Below, one piece after another: positions 9,394 through 18,874 of a stretch of 51,695 bases of DNA (the first letter of the stretch is position 1; each line of letters begins with the position of its first letter). The notes below the pieces were generated by a model that saw only the letters and a program-made list of their open reading frames with translations, searched no databases and was not told where the DNA came from. The stretch spans positions 1 through 51,695 of the forward strand of contig JBGCFM010000099.1 in the NCBI GenBank assembly GCA_045106895.1, given 5' to 3'. A program made the position numbers and the translations under genes. This stretch comes from Polyangiales bacterium (lineage in GTDB: Bacteria; Myxococcota_A; Polyangia; Polyangiales; Houyiibacteriaceae).

Positions 9394-10470
9394 ATGGGGC
9401 CAGGTTTCCGAGCGATGAGTATGGAATCGGTCAGCACCGGCAAATCCGCCGCTCCAGTCGCCCCCAAAGCCACCGATGCCGCCGCCGCGCGCAAAGCAGC
9501 GAAGGCGAAGGAAAAGGAGCTCATCAACAAGACGCGTCCCTTCGCGAAGGAGAACGTCGCGCTCTCCTGGTTTCACGTCATCACGACGATGGGGGTTATC
9601 GCTGCATTTGTGACGGGCACCGTGTTGTTGAACCAGTGGTGGGCGCGGGCGCTCTGTTCGCTGGGGGCCGGCCTCACCATCGTGCGCGGGTTCATCCTCT
9701 ACCACGACCATATGCACAACGCGCTCCTCAAGCGCTCGCCCGTCGCCAAGGCCTTCTTCTGGGTCTACGGCATCCTCGTGCTGACGCCGCCGAAGGTCTG
9801 GAAGCAAACGCACAACTACCACCACGCGCACAACTCCAAGATCGTGGGCTCTCACGTTGGTTCATTCCCCCTGCTCACCGTCGAGATGTACAAGGCGGCG
9901 ACGCCGATGCAGCGCTTCATGTATCGCTTCACCCGCCACCCCATCAATATCCTCATCGGCTACCTGACGGTGTTTGGCTTTGGCATGTGCGTGTCGCCTT
10001 TCCTGCGCCGACCCAAAGGCAACTGGGACTCCATCTTCGCCTTCGTGGTGCACATCGCGCTCTTGCTCACGCTGGGCTTTGTCTTCGGCTGGGACATCGC
10101 GCTCTACAGCCTCGTGCTGCCCCTCGTCGTGGCCTGCGCCGCCGGCGGCTACCTGTTCTACGCACAGCACAACTTCGAGCTGATGATGGTGCAGCCCCGT
10201 CACACCTGGAGCTTCACGCGCGCCGCCCTTGAGTGCTCGTCCTACATGGAGCTGGGCCCCATCATGCGCTGGTTCACCGGGAACATCGGCTACCACCACG
10301 TTCATCACCTGAACCCGACGATCCCGTTCTATCGGTTGCCGGAAGCCATGAACGCCATCGAAGAGCTTCAAAACCCAGGAAAGACCAACCTTTGGCCCTG
10401 GGAAATCGCCAAGTGCTTCCGCTGCAAGCTCTGGGATCCAGAAGCTGAGCAGATGGTCGGCTACCCCTGA
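9394..10470 (+). CDS. Membrane-bound fatty acid desaturase (Bacillus Des-like)
   Basis: Three His boxes (HDHMH, HNYHH, HHVHH) plus QH, several TM segments and the GNIGYHHVHHLNPTIPFYRL motif. Start may be 9415 or 9421. Confidence 0.9.
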   Translation: MGPGFRAMSMESVSTGKSAAPVAPKATDAAAARKAAKAKEKELINKTRPFAKENVALSWFHVITTMGVIAAFVTGTVLLNQWWARALCSLGAGLTIVRGFILYHDHMHNALLKRSPVAKAFFWVYGILVLTPPKVWKQTHNYHHAHNSKIVGSHVGSFPLLTVEMYKAATPMQRFMYRFTRHPINILIGYLTVFGFGMCVSPFLRRPKGNWDSIFAFVVHIALLLTLGFVFGWDIALYSLVLPLVVACAAGGYLFYAQHNFELMMVQPRHTWSFTRAALECSSYMELGPIMRWFTGNIGYHHVHHLNPTIPFYRLPEAMNAIEELQNPGKTNLWPWEIAKCFRCKLWDPEAEQMVGYP

Positions 10471-10492
10471 GGTTCACCTGTTAGACTGACGT

Positions 10493-11671
10493 GTGGCCGA
10501 TGCCAATGCCTACGCCAAGCGTCTACGCGTTCCCACGCAAGGGTTTCGCCGCGTCCGACAGCGCCGTATCGGTCACTACGAAGTGCTCGCGGTCCTGGGC
10601 AAAGGCGGCTCCGGCGAAGTCTCCCTAGCGGTCAGCCGCTCCGATGATTTCCGCAAGCTCGTCGTCCTCAAGACCCTCCACGAAGAGTTCGAGGATGACC
10701 CGGACTCCATCGAGTCGTTCATGGATGAGGCGCGTTTGGCGGCACATCTGCACCACCCGAACATCGTTCAGACTTTCGAAGTCGGCGTGGCGCATCGAAG
10801 CCACTTCATCGCCATGGACTATCTTGAGGGCATCCCCCTCAACCGTTTGCTCTCTCGCCTGGGACGACGCGATCGCAAAATGGACCCGGGAGTCGCGGCG
10901 TTCATCGCACGTGAAGTCCTCGCCGGGCTGCACTACGCCCACGACCTTGAGTCTTACGACGGCACGCCCCTCTCCATCGTCCACCGTGACGTCAGCCCCT
11001 CGAATATCTTCGTCAGCTGGGATGGCGTGGTCCGCCTCATCGACTTCGGCATTGCCAAAGCCGCCATGCGTCGAGCCAACACGGACTCCGGAGTGATCAA
11101 AGGAAAGTTCGCCTACATCGCTCCAGAGCAGGTCACGGGAGGCGATGTCGACCGGCCCGCCGACATCTACAGCTTGGGCGTCGTTCTCTGGGAGATGCTC
11201 GCCGGAAAGCGTTTGCGACCGAACAACAACGACGTCGTCACGCTCCAAGCCCTCGTCGAAGGTGAAGCGCCAAGGGTGCAAGAAGAGAACTCCAGCGTGG
11301 ATGACGTCCTGGCGGGGATTGTCGACCGTGCGCTTCGCGCAGACCCCAGCGAGCGCTATGAAAGCGCTAACGCAATGGCCGTCGCCCTCGACGATTGGCT
11401 CGCCCAGCGCACCACGCGTGTCGTCAAAGAGGACGTCGCGGCGCTCGTCGGTGACACCTTCGAAGGGGAGCGCGAGCAGCAGGAACTGCTTGTACGCGAG
11501 TGCATGCAGAGTTTAGGCGGCGACGGAGTCAGTGGTGACTCAAGCGGCGAGTTGGCACCCTTGCCCGCTCGAGCAGACATGGACGAGCGGCGCTCGCCCA
11601 TCCCGCGCTTACCCGTGGCGCTCATCGCCTGTGGATTCCTCGTCGCGCTATGGCTCCTCATCGGGCCCTAA
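10493..11671 (+). CDS. Eukaryote-like Ser/Thr protein kinase with C-terminal membrane anchor
   Basis: GKGGSG, VVLK, HRDVSPSN, DFG, YIAPE, DIYSLG; hydrophobic C-terminal helix LPVALIACGFLVALWLLIGP. Confidence 0.92.
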   Translation: MADANAYAKRLRVPTQGFRRVRQRRIGHYEVLAVLGKGGSGEVSLAVSRSDDFRKLVVLKTLHEEFEDDPDSIESFMDEARLAAHLHHPNIVQTFEVGVAHRSHFIAMDYLEGIPLNRLLSRLGRRDRKMDPGVAAFIAREVLAGLHYAHDLESYDGTPLSIVHRDVSPSNIFVSWDGVVRLIDFGIAKAAMRRANTDSGVIKGKFAYIAPEQVTGGDVDRPADIYSLGVVLWEMLAGKRLRPNNNDVVTLQALVEGEAPRVQEENSSVDDVLAGIVDRALRADPSERYESANAMAVALDDWLAQRTTRVVKEDVAALVGDTFEGEREQQELLVRECMQSLGGDGVSGDSSGELAPLPARADMDERRSPIPRLPVALIACGFLVALWLLIGP

Positions 11672-11692
11672 CGCTCCGATTTCCGGGACGCC

Positions 11693-12640
11693 CTAGAGCC
11701 GCTCAATGGCGTGACCCGCCTGCCGAAGCCGACGCAAGAGCCCGCCTTCGCCAAGGATATGGCCGAGACCCACGGCGATGAAGAGGCCGCCTTCTTCCAG
11801 CTCGGGTTCAACGACCTCAAGCCAGCGCTCGTTTCGACCATCGAAGAGCGCTGCATGGAACGCACGTACGCCGGCGTCACCGCTGTCATGAAGGAGACCG
11901 CGTACGTGATTGGCGTCCCCCGAGAGGTATGCCTCGATGAGCGCGTTGAGTTCTGTATTGAGTCGTTCGGGTTCAAGCACCATGTCGCGAACGATGTGAC
12001 CCATGATCTCGTCGCTCACGCTGCCCAGCGCCTCCGCCTGGTCCTCAACGGTCTCCAGAGGCCGGAACTGGACACCTTGCTGCTGCACATATCGATGAAA
12101 CTCTTGGTCCATGCTGTGTGCTGCGCTTCCCCTCCGAATCGCGTCTGCGCGCTTTTGCTGGAGGAACATCATGGACACCCATGGGCGAAGCCTCGGGAGC
12201 CGCGCGACATCCGTGACGTGAAGCAGTTCGTTGCTAAGGCGGTACATCGCGCGCGGCGTGATGTAGTCCTCGAGGATCTTGTTGATAGGCAAGCTGGCGT
12301 TCGTCGCGAGCGCCGCCAAGGTGCCGGCTTCAGGGTCGATCTCTTGAAACACGATGCGCGCCTCGTCGATGTACTGAAGTCCGTCCGCCGGGAACGCTTC
12401 ATCGAACGCGACGCCCACGTGCACCGTCCCAAAGATGTACGACGGTCGCGCGCCGGAATCGATCCGCCAGAGGTAAGGCTGGGCCACAGAGCGATGCTGT
12501 CGGCGCGGGACCGGCGGCGCGACAGGGGCGGCCACAACCTCCGGCTCAGGCTCTTCTTCTGCATACGTCGGTGCCTGCATGCGGCTGGGACCACATCCGA
12601 GCAAGAGACCCAGACTCAGGGCCCAAATTGTTCGCGTCAT
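11693..12640 (-). CDS. TraB/GumN (Tiki-like) family lipoprotein
   Basis: Lipobox LLLGC; LWRI..SYIFGTVH, LETVEDQ, RNERW, FIAVGLGH. Confidence 0.88.
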   Translation of the reverse strand: MTRTIWALSLGLLLGCGPSRMQAPTYAEEEPEPEVVAAPVAPPVPRRQHRSVAQPYLWRIDSGARPSYIFGTVHVGVAFDEAFPADGLQYIDEARIVFQEIDPEAGTLAALATNASLPINKILEDYITPRAMYRLSNELLHVTDVARLPRLRPWVSMMFLQQKRADAIRRGSAAHSMDQEFHRYVQQQGVQFRPLETVEDQAEALGSVSDEIMGHIVRDMVLEPERLNTELNALIEAYLSGDANHVRGLLHDSGDAGVRAFHAALFDGRNERWLEVVEPELEEGGLFIAVGLGHILGEGGLLRRLRQAGHAIERL

Positions 12641-13128
12641 TCTTCTTCCTTGGCCGCCTCGTCGAGAGCGCGTCGAGCATCATGGTAACCGAAACCGGCG
12701 CGCGCGAGGGACGCTAGCTCTTTGTCGCGCTTCTCGCGGTCTTGACCGAAGCGACGGCGCGCCACCGTTCGAGACGCCGCGACAGCTTCGGCGCCCTCCT
12801 CCTCCGCCTCAAAGAGCGCCCTCACGGTCTCCTCGGCGATGCCTTTTTTCTTCAGCGCCGCTTCGGTTTTGCGCCGGGAGCTTCCGCGACCGCGAAGCCT
12901 CGCGAAGTGGTTGGTCGCAATGCGCGAATCTGAAAGATAGCCCCGCTCCTCGCACTCATCGAGGATGGCTTCTATCCACTCACCACCTTCGTCTGGAGCG
13001 TCGCCGCTCTTTGCAAGGGCTCGCTGGAGCGCCACCGCGACCTCTTGGCGGCTCGCGTCACGCCGGCTCAGCATGCGAAGCGCCTTCTTCTCCAGCGAAT
13101 CTCGCGTCACCACGATTTCTTTCCTCAC
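12637..13128 (-). CDS. recX: RecA regulator RecX
   Basis: ALRMLSRRDASRQE, GYLSDSR, RGSSRRK..AALKKKGI, LARAGF helical repeats; 163 aa. Confidence 0.8.
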   Translation of the reverse strand: MRKEIVVTRDSLEKKALRMLSRRDASRQEVAVALQRALAKSGDAPDEGGEWIEAILDECEERGYLSDSRIATNHFARLRGRGSSRRKTEAALKKKGIAEETVRALFEAEEEGAEAVAASRTVARRRFGQDREKRDKELASLARAGFGYHDARRALDEAAKEEE

Positions 13129-13209
13129 GCTCTGAAAGATGCGTCATCTGCCGGTTCTTTCAACGTGGCAACACTGGCACTGGGCCCCCAGCTCACCCAT
13201 GATGTCGCA

Positions 13210-14073
13210 ATGCAAGGTGCACGAGAGGGCTTCACCGCCGGACAAACGCCCATTCACTACTGGCGGCTGGGAGACACGGGGCCGAAGGTCCTCCTCCTCA
13301 TGGGCTTTGGTATGCGTGGGTCTCTGTGGGGCCCGCAGATCAATGGTCTGAAGGACGGTCATCAACTGGCATGGCTGGACAATCGCGGCATCGGGAAGAG
13401 CGGGCCTTGCCCGACCCGCACCTGGACGATGGCGGACATGGCGCGCGACTCCCTTGAAGTCGCGGATGCTCTCGGCTGGGACCGCTTCCACCTCGTTGGG
13501 GTGTCGATGGGCGGCATGGTCTCCCAAGAGGTCGCACTGCATTCGCCAGAGCGCATCCTCAGCCTCTCCCTCCTCGCCACCCACGAAGGCGGAAATCCAC
13601 TGCGCTGGGCACCACGCGCCAAGGGCCTGCGCTGCTTTCTTGAGGCACAAACCAAGAGCGGCAGTGAGCGCATCGCTGCCCTTCGAAAGCTCCTCTACCC
13701 GGAAGCCTACGTCGCCAGCTGCGACATGGACGCTCTCGAAGAGCGCATGATGGACCAGGTGGGGCGACCCGCTCCGCGGGAGACGCTCCTCGGACAGCTA
13801 TCTGCCGTCATCCGCCACAAAACCGGCCCCCGCCTCCATCGGCTGCGCATGCCCACGCTCATCGTGAAGCCGAAGCTCGACATTCTGATTCCGCCGAGCA
13901 ACAGCGACCGACTTCGACGTCGCATCCCCCACGCCACCTTCATCGAGCTCGACGATGCTGGTCACGGCGCCATCTTCCAGCGCGCGGACACCATCAACGC
14001 TGCGCTGCGGGACCACTTTCAAGACGCCGCCGTCTCCGACCTCGCGACGCGCGGCTCAAGCGTCCACGCCTAA
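13210..14073 (+). CDS. Alpha/beta fold hydrolase
   Basis: LLMGFG oxyanion loop, DNRGIG, nucleophile GVSMGG, D in KLDILIP, H in AGHG. Start moved to ATG 13210 to remove the overlap with recX. Confidence 0.88.
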   Translation: MQGAREGFTAGQTPIHYWRLGDTGPKVLLLMGFGMRGSLWGPQINGLKDGHQLAWLDNRGIGKSGPCPTRTWTMADMARDSLEVADALGWDRFHLVGVSMGGMVSQEVALHSPERILSLSLLATHEGGNPLRWAPRAKGLRCFLEAQTKSGSERIAALRKLLYPEAYVASCDMDALEERMMDQVGRPAPRETLLGQLSAVIRHKTGPRLHRLRMPTLIVKPKLDILIPPSNSDRLRRRIPHATFIELDDAGHGAIFQRADTINAALRDHFQDAAVSDLATRGSSVHA

Positions 14074-14099
14074 CGCGCTCGAACCGTCCGGAAAAGCGC

Positions 14100-14924
14100 T
14101 TACTCGATGAGGGTCTGGCACGCGAGGGCGTGGTTGCGCAGTCGCAAGTTGCCCGCGTCTCCTCCGCGACCGTAGAAACGCGCCGCGCTCGCGAAGTCTC
14201 CGTCCTGGTAGGCAAACCAACCAAGCGCCTCATCGCCATCCAACCCGCCGGCTTCAAGATAGGCGCCCAGAGCCTGAGTGCGTCGTTCCTTGGGTACGTC
14301 GGCGGCGCCGAGGGCGAGCCAGCCCCAATAGCCTTGGAGTTCTACATCCGAGAGTCCCTCGGTGAGCTCAAGGCCCATGATGCCGTTGAAACGAGCCGCG
14401 AAGAGGGCTCGGAGGACGATGTCCGGGGCGACGCGCTCGCCGTCTTGCATCGCGCCATATCGCTCAAGCATCCGGGGGAAGGAGCCCAGGAACGCCCCCT
14501 CGTCGTCGCGGCCCCCGCGCAAAGCTCCATCAAGACCCTCCACGACCTGGGCACGCAAGGAGGCGATGGCCTCATCACCGTGCTCCTCGCGAACCTGTGC
14601 AACGGTCGCTTGTATCGACTGGGAGCGAGTCTCGAACTCTTCCTCGGACTCTCCCTCCCCAATTTCCGCGAGGCCCTGAGCTTCATAAAGCGGCCAAAGC
14701 GGTGAATCTGTGGACCACCCGGTGGCAGCATCTGCGCTCGCGGACGTCGCCCTTCGGGCAGCGCTAAGGGCGTTTGGGTCAAAGCGAAGAGCCGGCCCGG
14801 AGCTCGGCAATACCCCTTGGGGCAAGGCGAGCACCACGGCCGCACAGCCCGCGGCGACGGTGGTCAAAATGAGACGTGTTCCGGGGCCGCTCAGTTCGCG
14901 TGACTTGACTTTATCACTCGCCAA
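14100..14924 (-). CDS. Hypothetical membrane-anchored helical protein (TPR-like C-terminus)
   Basis: TTG 14924 preceded by an AAGGAG RBS; N-terminal hydrophobic segment; C-terminal EALGWFAYQDGDFASAARFY resembles a TPR. Confidence 0.6.
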   Translation of the reverse strand: MASDKVKSRELSGPGTRLILTTVAAGCAAVVLALPQGVLPSSGPALRFDPNALSAARRATSASADAATGWSTDSPLWPLYEAQGLAEIGEGESEEEFETRSQSIQATVAQVREEHGDEAIASLRAQVVEGLDGALRGGRDDEGAFLGSFPRMLERYGAMQDGERVAPDIVLRALFAARFNGIMGLELTEGLSDVELQGYWGWLALGAADVPKERRTQALGAYLEAGGLDGDEALGWFAYQDGDFASAARFYGRGGDAGNLRLRNHALACQTLIE

Positions 14925-14970
14925 CGTGTACTTCTCCTTCCTTCTCACTCGTGAGAGCAAGGAGTTTTTG

Positions 14971-15303
14971 GTGACCGGCCGCCGCGTCCATGAGCGATTC
15001 GAATGTGACCTGCCCGTCACGCTGTTGCACAACGATCAAGAGTTCGAAGCTGTCGCTACGAACATCTCCTTGGGCGGTGTGTACCTCGTGACCGAAGCGA
15101 CGATGCCTTACGGCTCGCTCGTCAACGTGCGTTTCCGCGTCCCCGCCATGAAGAAAGACGCGACCGTCGCCGGAACGATTCGCTGGGTCAAACCCGACGG
15201 AGTCGGTGTCCAGTTCGGTAGCCTCCGCGCGCTCGAAGTCTGGGCTCTGAACCAGTACTTCAAGGGTCTCAAGGTGAGCCCCGAGACTTCGCCCTCCAGC
15301 TAG
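14971..15303 (+). CDS. Stand-alone PilZ-domain protein (putative c-di-GMP receptor)
   Basis: RxxxR (RVHER) and [D/N]xSxxG (NISLGG) motifs, C-terminal GVGVQF; GTG start 6 nt after AAGGAG. Confidence 0.88.
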   Translation: MTGRRVHERFECDLPVTLLHNDQEFEAVATNISLGGVYLVTEATMPYGSLVNVRFRVPAMKKDATVAGTIRWVKPDGVGVQFGSLRALEVWALNQYFKGLKVSPETSPSS

Positions 15304-15359
15304 CCCTCGGATTTCAGCCGCCTCTATCGGGCGCAACGACGTGTTCGTCCAGCCCATCC

Positions 15360-17633
15360 TCATGGAGCGGACTTTGCCGCGACGCGCTGTGCCCGGGCCA
15401 CCGTCAGGGAGGTCATGTGCACAATGGTCGAAACGTTGGCGCCCTGCTGCAGGACATTGATGGGCTTGGCCATCCCAAGAACCAAGGGACCCACCACCTG
15501 GTGGCCTGTCGATGCGAGGAGCTTGTACGCGATGTTGCCAGCCCCAAGATTCGGAAAGACCAGTACGTTCGCCGGCCCCGTGAGCGTCAAGAAGGGGTAG
15601 GGCTCCCGTGCCTCTTCGAGGAGCGCAACATCCGCCTGCATTTCGCCATCGACTTCAAGCTCTGGTCGACGCGAACGAATGATCTTCACCGCGTTGGCCA
15701 CCTTCTTCTGTGCCGGGTGGGGTGCGTCTCCGAAGTTCGAAAACGAAAGCATCGCAATGCGAGGAGTCACGCCAAGCTCCAACGCGAGGTCAGCCGTCAG
15801 AATCGCAGACTCCGCGAGCGTCTCCGCATCGGGGTCGATATTGACCGTCGTATCGGCCAAGAAACGAACGCCCTCCTTCGTGATCACCATGTAGCAACCG
15901 CACGCACGAGAGACATGGTCTGAGGTGCCGATGATCTGTAGCGCGGGGCGAATCGTCTCGGCGTAGGGCGACGTGAGACCCGACACGACACCATCCACAT
16001 CACCGGACTCCAGCATCATCATGGCGTAATGGGTACGCGAGCGTTCCAGGAGACGTCGCGCCCGAACGCGCGTGAGGCCGCTTCGCTGACGTAGTTGCCA
16101 GAGGAGCTCCGCGTAGCGGTCAATGTTCGGCAACTCTTCGCGCGATACGATCTCAACACCAGTGAGATCTACCCCGAGAGTCGCGGCTCGAGTCCGAATC
16201 GTGTCGGGTCGTCCGATGAGAACGGGCATCGCGATGTGGTCGCTTTGCACAATGTCCGCTGCGCGAAGAATGGCGTCCTCTTCGCCTTCGGGAAATACGA
16301 CGCGACGTGGGTCTTTTCGCGCACGGCCCGTCACATGCCACATGACGCGACGAGTTGGGTTGAGCTTACGAATCAGGCTGTGGCGATACGTGCGAATATC
16401 CAACGGCTCTTGCGCCACGCCGGACTTCATCGCGGCCTCCGCCACTGCTGGGGCGACCCAACTCAGGGAGCGATCGTCCATCGGTTTCGGGATGATGTAG
16501 TCCTTGCCAAACTTGAGTGACTCGTCGCCGTAAGCTTCAAGCACGTCATCCGTCACCCCCTCACGGGCGAGGCGCGCGAGCGAGAGCGCCGCTGCGATCT
16601 TCATCTCCTCGTTGATGTGTGTCGCCGCCACATCCAAAGCGCCCCGAAAGAGGTACGGAAACCCAAGAACGTTGTTTACCTGGTTTGGGAAGTCAGTCCG
16701 GCCGGTACCAACGATGGCGTCTGGACGAGCCTCGCGCGCGGCTTCGTAGCCAATTTCGGGGTCCGGATTGGCGAGCGCGAAGATGATGGGTTTGGGCGCC
16801 ATCGTCTTGATCATCGCTGGGGAGACAATGCCTCCGGCGGAGAGCCCAATCAGCACGTCGGCGTCCACGATGGCTTCGCTCAAGGTCTTGCGCGGATCAC
16901 TCGTCGGACGCGCAAAGCGACGGCGGTAGTCATCGAGGTCAGGGCGATCTTCGCGAATCACCCCATCGAGGTCGACGAGGGTGATGTTCTCCGTTTTCAC
17001 GCCAAGCTGGGTCCACAAACGCATGCAGCCAATGGCCGCAGCGCCCGCTCCGATGCAAGTCACCTGCAGTTCGCTGAGCTCTTTCTCCTGGAGCTCCGAG
17101 GCGTTGCGAAGCGCGGCTGCACTAATGATCGCCGTCCCGTGCTGGTCGTCGTGAAAGACAGGAATCGACATTCGCTTCTCGAGCGCCTCCTCGATGAGGA
17201 AACACTCGGGAGCCTTGATGTCTTCGAGGTTGATGCCGCCAAAGGTCGGCTCAAGCGCGGCGACGACATCGATGAAGCGCTGCGGGTCGCTGGCGTCCAC
17301 CTCGATGTCGAACACATCGATGTCCGCGTACTTCTTGAAGAGCACCGCCTTGCCCTCCATGACGGGCTTCGCCGCCAGTGGACCAATATTGCCGAGACCA
17401 AGGACCGCCGAACCGTTGGTGATCACACCCACCAGATTGCGCCGCGCGGTGAACTCTCCAACCCGTCCAGGCTCCTCGGCGATCACGCGACACGGCGCCG
17501 CCACACCCGGGGAGTACGCGAGGCTCAGCTCGCGCTGCGTGCCGACGGACTTCGTCGGAACAACTTCGATTTTTCCGGGCCGCCCTTTGGTGTGATAACG
17601 GAGGGCTTCATCGTCGAGGCTCATGCGGTCCAC
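15360..17633 (-). CDS. maeB: NADP-dependent malic enzyme with C-terminal phosphotransacetylase-like domain
   Basis: [44 protein letters not shown] domain [24 protein letters not shown]. Confidence 0.95.
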   Translation of the reverse strand: MDRMSLDDEALRYHTKGRPGKIEVVPTKSVGTQRELSLAYSPGVAAPCRVIAEEPGRVGEFTARRNLVGVITNGSAVLGLGNIGPLAAKPVMEGKAVLFKKYADIDVFDIEVDASDPQRFIDVVAALEPTFGGINLEDIKAPECFLIEEALEKRMSIPVFHDDQHGTAIISAAALRNASELQEKELSELQVTCIGAGAAAIGCMRLWTQLGVKTENITLVDLDGVIREDRPDLDDYRRRFARPTSDPRKTLSEAIVDADVLIGLSAGGIVSPAMIKTMAPKPIIFALANPDPEIGYEAAREARPDAIVGTGRTDFPNQVNNVLGFPYLFRGALDVAATHINEEMKIAAALSLARLAREGVTDDVLEAYGDESLKFGKDYIIPKPMDDRSLSWVAPAVAEAAMKSGVAQEPLDIRTYRHSLIRKLNPTRRVMWHVTGRARKDPRRVVFPEGEEDAILRAADIVQSDHIAMPVLIGRPDTIRTRAATLGVDLTGVEIVSREELPNIDRYAELLWQLRQRSGLTRVRARRLLERSRTHYAMMMLESGDVDGVVSGLTSPYAETIRPALQIIGTSDHVSRACGCYMVITKEGVRFLADTTVNIDPDAETLAESAILTADLALELGVTPRIAMLSFSNFGDAPHPAQKKVANAVKIIRSRRPELEVDGEMQADVALLEEAREPYPFLTLTGPANVLVFPNLGAGNIAYKLLASTGHQVVGPLVLGMAKPINVLQQGANVSTIVHMTSLTVARAQRVAAKSAP

Positions 17634-17678
17634 CTTAGTGCGGGATGAGCGATCCAGAAAGAAAGATGAGGACGAGGA

Positions 17679-18347
17679 CTAGAGCGCGAGCCCAGTCAGG
17701 TCCGTGACGATCACCATCCGCTCCAGAGCCGAGGCTGGCGTCCGCGAGTCGCCGGCGAGTGTCGCCTTGAGCGCCCCGCGCTTCGCTTCTCCACAGGCGT
17801 AGATCAAACTAAGCCCCGCTGACGCGAGCACCGGCAATGAGAGCGTCAGGCGCTCGCTGGGCGGCTTTGGGCTCCCCAGCACCGTCTGGACAGCGCCCGC
17901 GCCTTCAGCCTGGAGGCCGGGAAAGTGCGAAGCGATGTGAGCGTCTCCGCCCATCCCGAGAATCGCCACGTCAAGCCCCGCGAAATCTTCTTCAAAGACC
18001 GTCGATGCGTGTTCAGCGGCCTGCTGGAGAGTCTGGTTTTTGGCGAAGAGCGCGAGCTCTTGTCGCGGCAAGTCAGCAGCGCTCAACGCGCCACTTCGGT
18101 AGAGCGCCCCGCGATTGCTGGCCTCCTCTTCAAACGGGACAGCACGCTCATCCGCCCACGTCAGGCGAACCTGCGACCAACGCTCTCCGAGAGCGCGCCG
18201 AAGGGGCCCCACCAAGGCCCCTGCGCTGCCACCGGAGATGGCGATTCGTGGGGTCTGCACGTCACGGAGAGCTTCGAGGATCAACGCCAGGGCGTCATCC
18301 ACGGGCGTGCTTGATTGAACGACACGACGCTGGGAAGAGTCGCTCAT
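17679..18347 (-). CDS. pgl: 6-phosphogluconolactonase
   Basis: AISGGS, WADERAVP....SN, LGMGGDAHIASHFP, PKPPSERLTLSLP. Confidence 0.85.
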   Translation of the reverse strand: MSDSSQRRVVQSSTPVDDALALILEALRDVQTPRIAISGGSAGALVGPLRRALGERWSQVRLTWADERAVPFEEEASNRGALYRSGALSAADLPRQELALFAKNQTLQQAAEHASTVFEEDFAGLDVAILGMGGDAHIASHFPGLQAEGAGAVQTVLGSPKPPSERLTLSLPVLASAGLSLIYACGEAKRGALKATLAGDSRTPASALERMVIVTDLTGLAL

Positions 18348-18874
18348 CAGGGCATCATAAAGCGCGGGCCGGTACGGTAAGGAATCTCAAGCTCGTCCGA
18401 GCGGCAGGTCCCGCCTCGGCAGGTCCCGCTGGAGCAGTCCGCAGGCGAGCGGGCAGTGAAACGCAAAAAGACATCTTCATTCTCGGGCACTCGCATACCG
18501 ATGAGGGGATTGACGAGGTCCACGTCGATCAAACCATCGCCGGCCATGGAGTCTCCCTCCGTCATCCCGTCATCACGGAGCATCAAGAGTTCAATGAGGC
18601 GTGCGCCCTCGCCCTCACCGGAGCGCAGCTCCAACACGACCTCATGTGGACGCGGTGAGTCCGGACAGATCGAAAGCTGGACGCGGATTGCGAGCCTCTC
18701 GGTCAGGTCATCCACAACGACGGCGTCTGGGGTCACGCTCGCACTCTCGATGATCGATGCTTCAAAGGGGAGACAGTTCGTCACCACTTCGCCAGCGCAA
18801 TTCACTTCGAAGTCCGGTGTCGTGCTGCATGCGCCAAGAACTGCGCACGCCAATATCCACATAAGTCGCTTCAT
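18347..18874 (-). CDS. Small Cys-rich lipoprotein with a DDG...GD..AGDG acidic motif (choice-of-anchor-X-like)
   Basis: Lipobox VLGAC; LRDDGMTEGDSMAGDGL; translationally coupled on both sides (ATGA, TGATG). Confidence 0.65.
   Translation of the reverse strand: MKRLMWILACAVLGACSTTPDFEVNCAGEVVTNCLPFEASIIESASVTPDAVVVDDLTERLAIRVQLSICPDSPRPHEVVLELRSGEGEGARLIELLMLRDDGMTEGDSMAGDGLIDVDLVNPLIGMRVPENEDVFLRFTARSPADCSSGTCRGGTCRSDELEIPYRTGPRFMMP

Noticed and set aside
10981..11005. Kinase catalytic loop HRDVSPSN lacks the usual Lys (HRDxKPxN), a possible pseudokinase
   Set aside because: HRDVSP is a common variant in myxobacterial kinases and the other catalytic motifs are intact.
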